A stretch of 63,953 nucleotides of DNA, filler included, from Barthelona sp. PAP020 (Eukaryota), in assembly GCA_040182905.1 (NCBI GenBank). It is 5 parts of 5 records of this genome, joined end to end, with 100 filler letters (N's around TTAATTAATTAA, not from the genome) between each part and the next. Parts side by side here need not be neighbours in the genome. Positions count along the whole stretch, not along the records: positions 54,397 to 63,953 come from JARQWU010000423.1; 4 more parts are not named here. The stretch is one strand, 5' to 3'. Made by a program: the position numbers and the translations under genes. This document shows positions 62,347 through 63,953 of the stretch, piece after piece. How positions within the stretch are numbered: the first letter of the stretch is position 1; each line of letters opens with the position of its first letter. The notes under the pieces were generated by a model. That model had not been told where the DNA came from. It saw only the letters and a list, made by a program, of their open reading frames with translations, and made no database searches.

Positions 62347-63837
62347 TTATAAAGGAATATTTTCAAAAAATTTCTTGAATCTTTCCAAAATTTGAATTTG
62401 ATCATCAAATTCACATATTTCAACCACACCACAACTAAATTTTTCATTTATTAATCTCAAATATAATTTTTCATTCATGAAATCAAATATTATCTCATCT
62501 TCAGGAGAATACTCAAGATTTTCAAGTTCATTGTAACTTTTCAACAATTCATAAACATTTATAAAATTATCTTTATAATTCTTTATGTTAAACACAACTA
62601 AATCATGGTCAATCGGAGAACCAACATATCTCTGATTATTTATATCTTTTTTTAATTGAATAGAAACATCAGCATAAATTTCTTCTTCAAATAAATAAGG
62701 TTTACTGTTTTTTGTTGCTTCACAATCAATCAATAAATCGAAAGAAGGCTTGTAAGACAAAGAACCAGCATTTTTGAATATTTGATGTGAACTTTCAATT
62801 CCTTTAACATTTCGTGCACCAATTAAATAGCAACAATAAATATTATGTTTAATTTTTGGTTCAGGTAAGGTGTGAAATTGTCCTTCCAGAAAATTTAATT
62901 TCGCATGATCTTCCAAAGCCCAAATACGCTTAAAACTATCTCCAAAAGCTCTACAAATTTGTGCAATAGAAAAGACACTGTGTTCCCTAACATCAACAAT
63001 AACAACTGGATTATCACTTTCTCTAATGTATTCTGAAGGTGTGGTAATCGTATATTGTGGGATTCTACTGTTCTCAATTATTAACTCTATTGCTGCTCTT
63101 GAAACAGTATCAAGATGATCACTGTACAATCTGAAAGTAAGCAAATCATTGTGTAATTGCTCGCTTAAAATAGTCAAAGGAAGACATTCGGGACCAATAT
63201 TCGAAACAAGCCGCGCAATATGAGCTGCTGATGCAACAAAAACTAAAGTAGAATTATATGGAGCTTTTAACCAATATGAGTCAACAGCAGGATTTAATCC
63301 AATCAAATCCTCAGGTAAACAAGGATTGATGCTCGACTCAACAGTTTTAAAATCAATATTGATATTGAAAACAAACTCAAAATCTGTCACGAGAGTATCA
63401 TTGTTTGGACAAAAAAAACTTGTGGTGTTGACTAAAAATAACCCTTTATCTGACGTTTTATTTGTTGTGACATAACAACAAAAAAAATCTAAACTATAAG
63501 TAATTGAAGGTAAAAAGTAAAGTCGATATAAACCTAAAGCGAATGGTTCATTTGTTTCAAGAATACTCACATTGGGAAATCTATTTTGAATATCAAATTC
63601 TCTCTTATAATTAATAAAATAGCTTGGAATAAGTATATCTCCATCAAAGTTAGTGCTTTTCAAGGTTTCATGAACCGAATCAAATGAATCAATTGAAAGA
63701 ATAACTAAACAAGTGATATCATTCAACCAAACAGTGTCAAAATACTTTAATTCCGGTTTTGTAAAAAATAAAACATCTTCCTGGATATGAATCTTTAAAC
63801 CATAATCTAAAATTTCATAATGTAATTGCAAAGACAT
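62347..63837 (-). CDS. Hypothetical protein (496 aa); possibly a very divergent INTS9/CPSF100-type inactive metallo-beta-lactamase
   Basis: PELKYFDTVWLNDITCLVILS...TLKSTNFDGDILI weakly resembles INTS9 PETELIDLSTVDVILIS...ITEHTGFTGTVYA. Confidence 0.6.
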   Translation of the reverse strand: MSLQLHYEILDYGLKIHIQEDVLFFTKPELKYFDTVWLNDITCLVILSIDSFDSVHETLKSTNFDGDILIPSYFINYKREFDIQNRFPNVSILETNEPFALGLYRLYFLPSITYSLDFFCCYVTTNKTSDKGLFLVNTTSFFCPNNDTLVTDFEFVFNINIDFKTVESSINPCLPEDLIGLNPAVDSYWLKAPYNSTLVFVASAAHIARLVSNIGPECLPLTILSEQLHNDLLTFRLYSDHLDTVSRAAIELIIENSRIPQYTITTPSEYIRESDNPVVIVDVREHSVFSIAQICRAFGDSFKRIWALEDHAKLNFLEGQFHTLPEPKIKHNIYCCYLIGARNVKGIESSHQIFKNAGSLSYKPSFDLLIDCEATKNSKPYLFEEEIYADVSIQLKKDINNQRYVGSPIDHDLVVFNIKNYKDNFINVYELLKSYNELENLEYSPEDEIIFDFMNEKLYLRLINEKFSCGVVEICEFDDQIQILERFKKFFENIPL

Positions 63838-63953
63838 TAATAAATCACTGTCAACAAAAAAAAAATATGAAATAAGACTTTATTGAACTTTTCCGTAAAG
63901 AGACTCCATAAAACATCCCAATTGAGTGACGACAGCAAACACTCAAAACTGAT

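Noticed and set aside
524..63077. Numerous 60-140 aa ORFs nested in or antisense to long genes
   Set aside because: They are shadow ORFs expected from codon bias and carry no recognisable motifs.
1..63953. Alternative genetic code (TAA/TAG = Gln, as in hexamitids and ciliates)
   Set aside because: Conserved proteins end at TAA or TAG at the expected positions (Ras CNIL-TAA, NOP10, MAK16), and multi-kb ORFs are open in the standard code.

Overview
This is AT-rich, gene-dense eukaryotic nuclear DNA in the standard genetic code (genes end TAA, TAG or TGA). It comes from a flagellated protist (IFT122, ARL16, LRRC34-like and TEX47-like genes). Intron and 3'-end signals suggest a metamonad-like lineage, but that is inference only. 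The window is five contigs joined by an artificial 100-nt linker (N44-TTAATTAATTAA-N44), so gene order across the linkers means nothing. About 35 mostly intronless genes are recognisable, including MAK16, CDT1-like, a UBR-box E3, DDI1, CELF, a SHIP-like 5-phosphatase, ENY2, DOP1, RPL32, eIF3m-like, LUC7, PSMA1, Sec14 and a Ras-family GTPase. Manual splicing reveals seven spliceosomal introns (six of 36-44 nt, one of 102 nt), each with a [A/T]CTAA[C/T] branch point close to the 3' AG. It also reveals one gene missing from the ORF track: a NOP10 with an archaeal-type four-Cys zinc ribbon on a eukaryotic-type C-terminus. Other highlights are a candidate TGTAAA poly(A) signal, a possibly autoregulatory RPL32 intron, a multi-TM DEK1-like calpain lacking its catalytic triad, a processive GT2 with an atypical QRVRSW motif, and a WD40 family with a shared unknown domain plus a frameshifted pseudogene. 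No prokaryotic systems, CRISPR arrays, tRNA/rRNA genes or intact mobile elements were seen.
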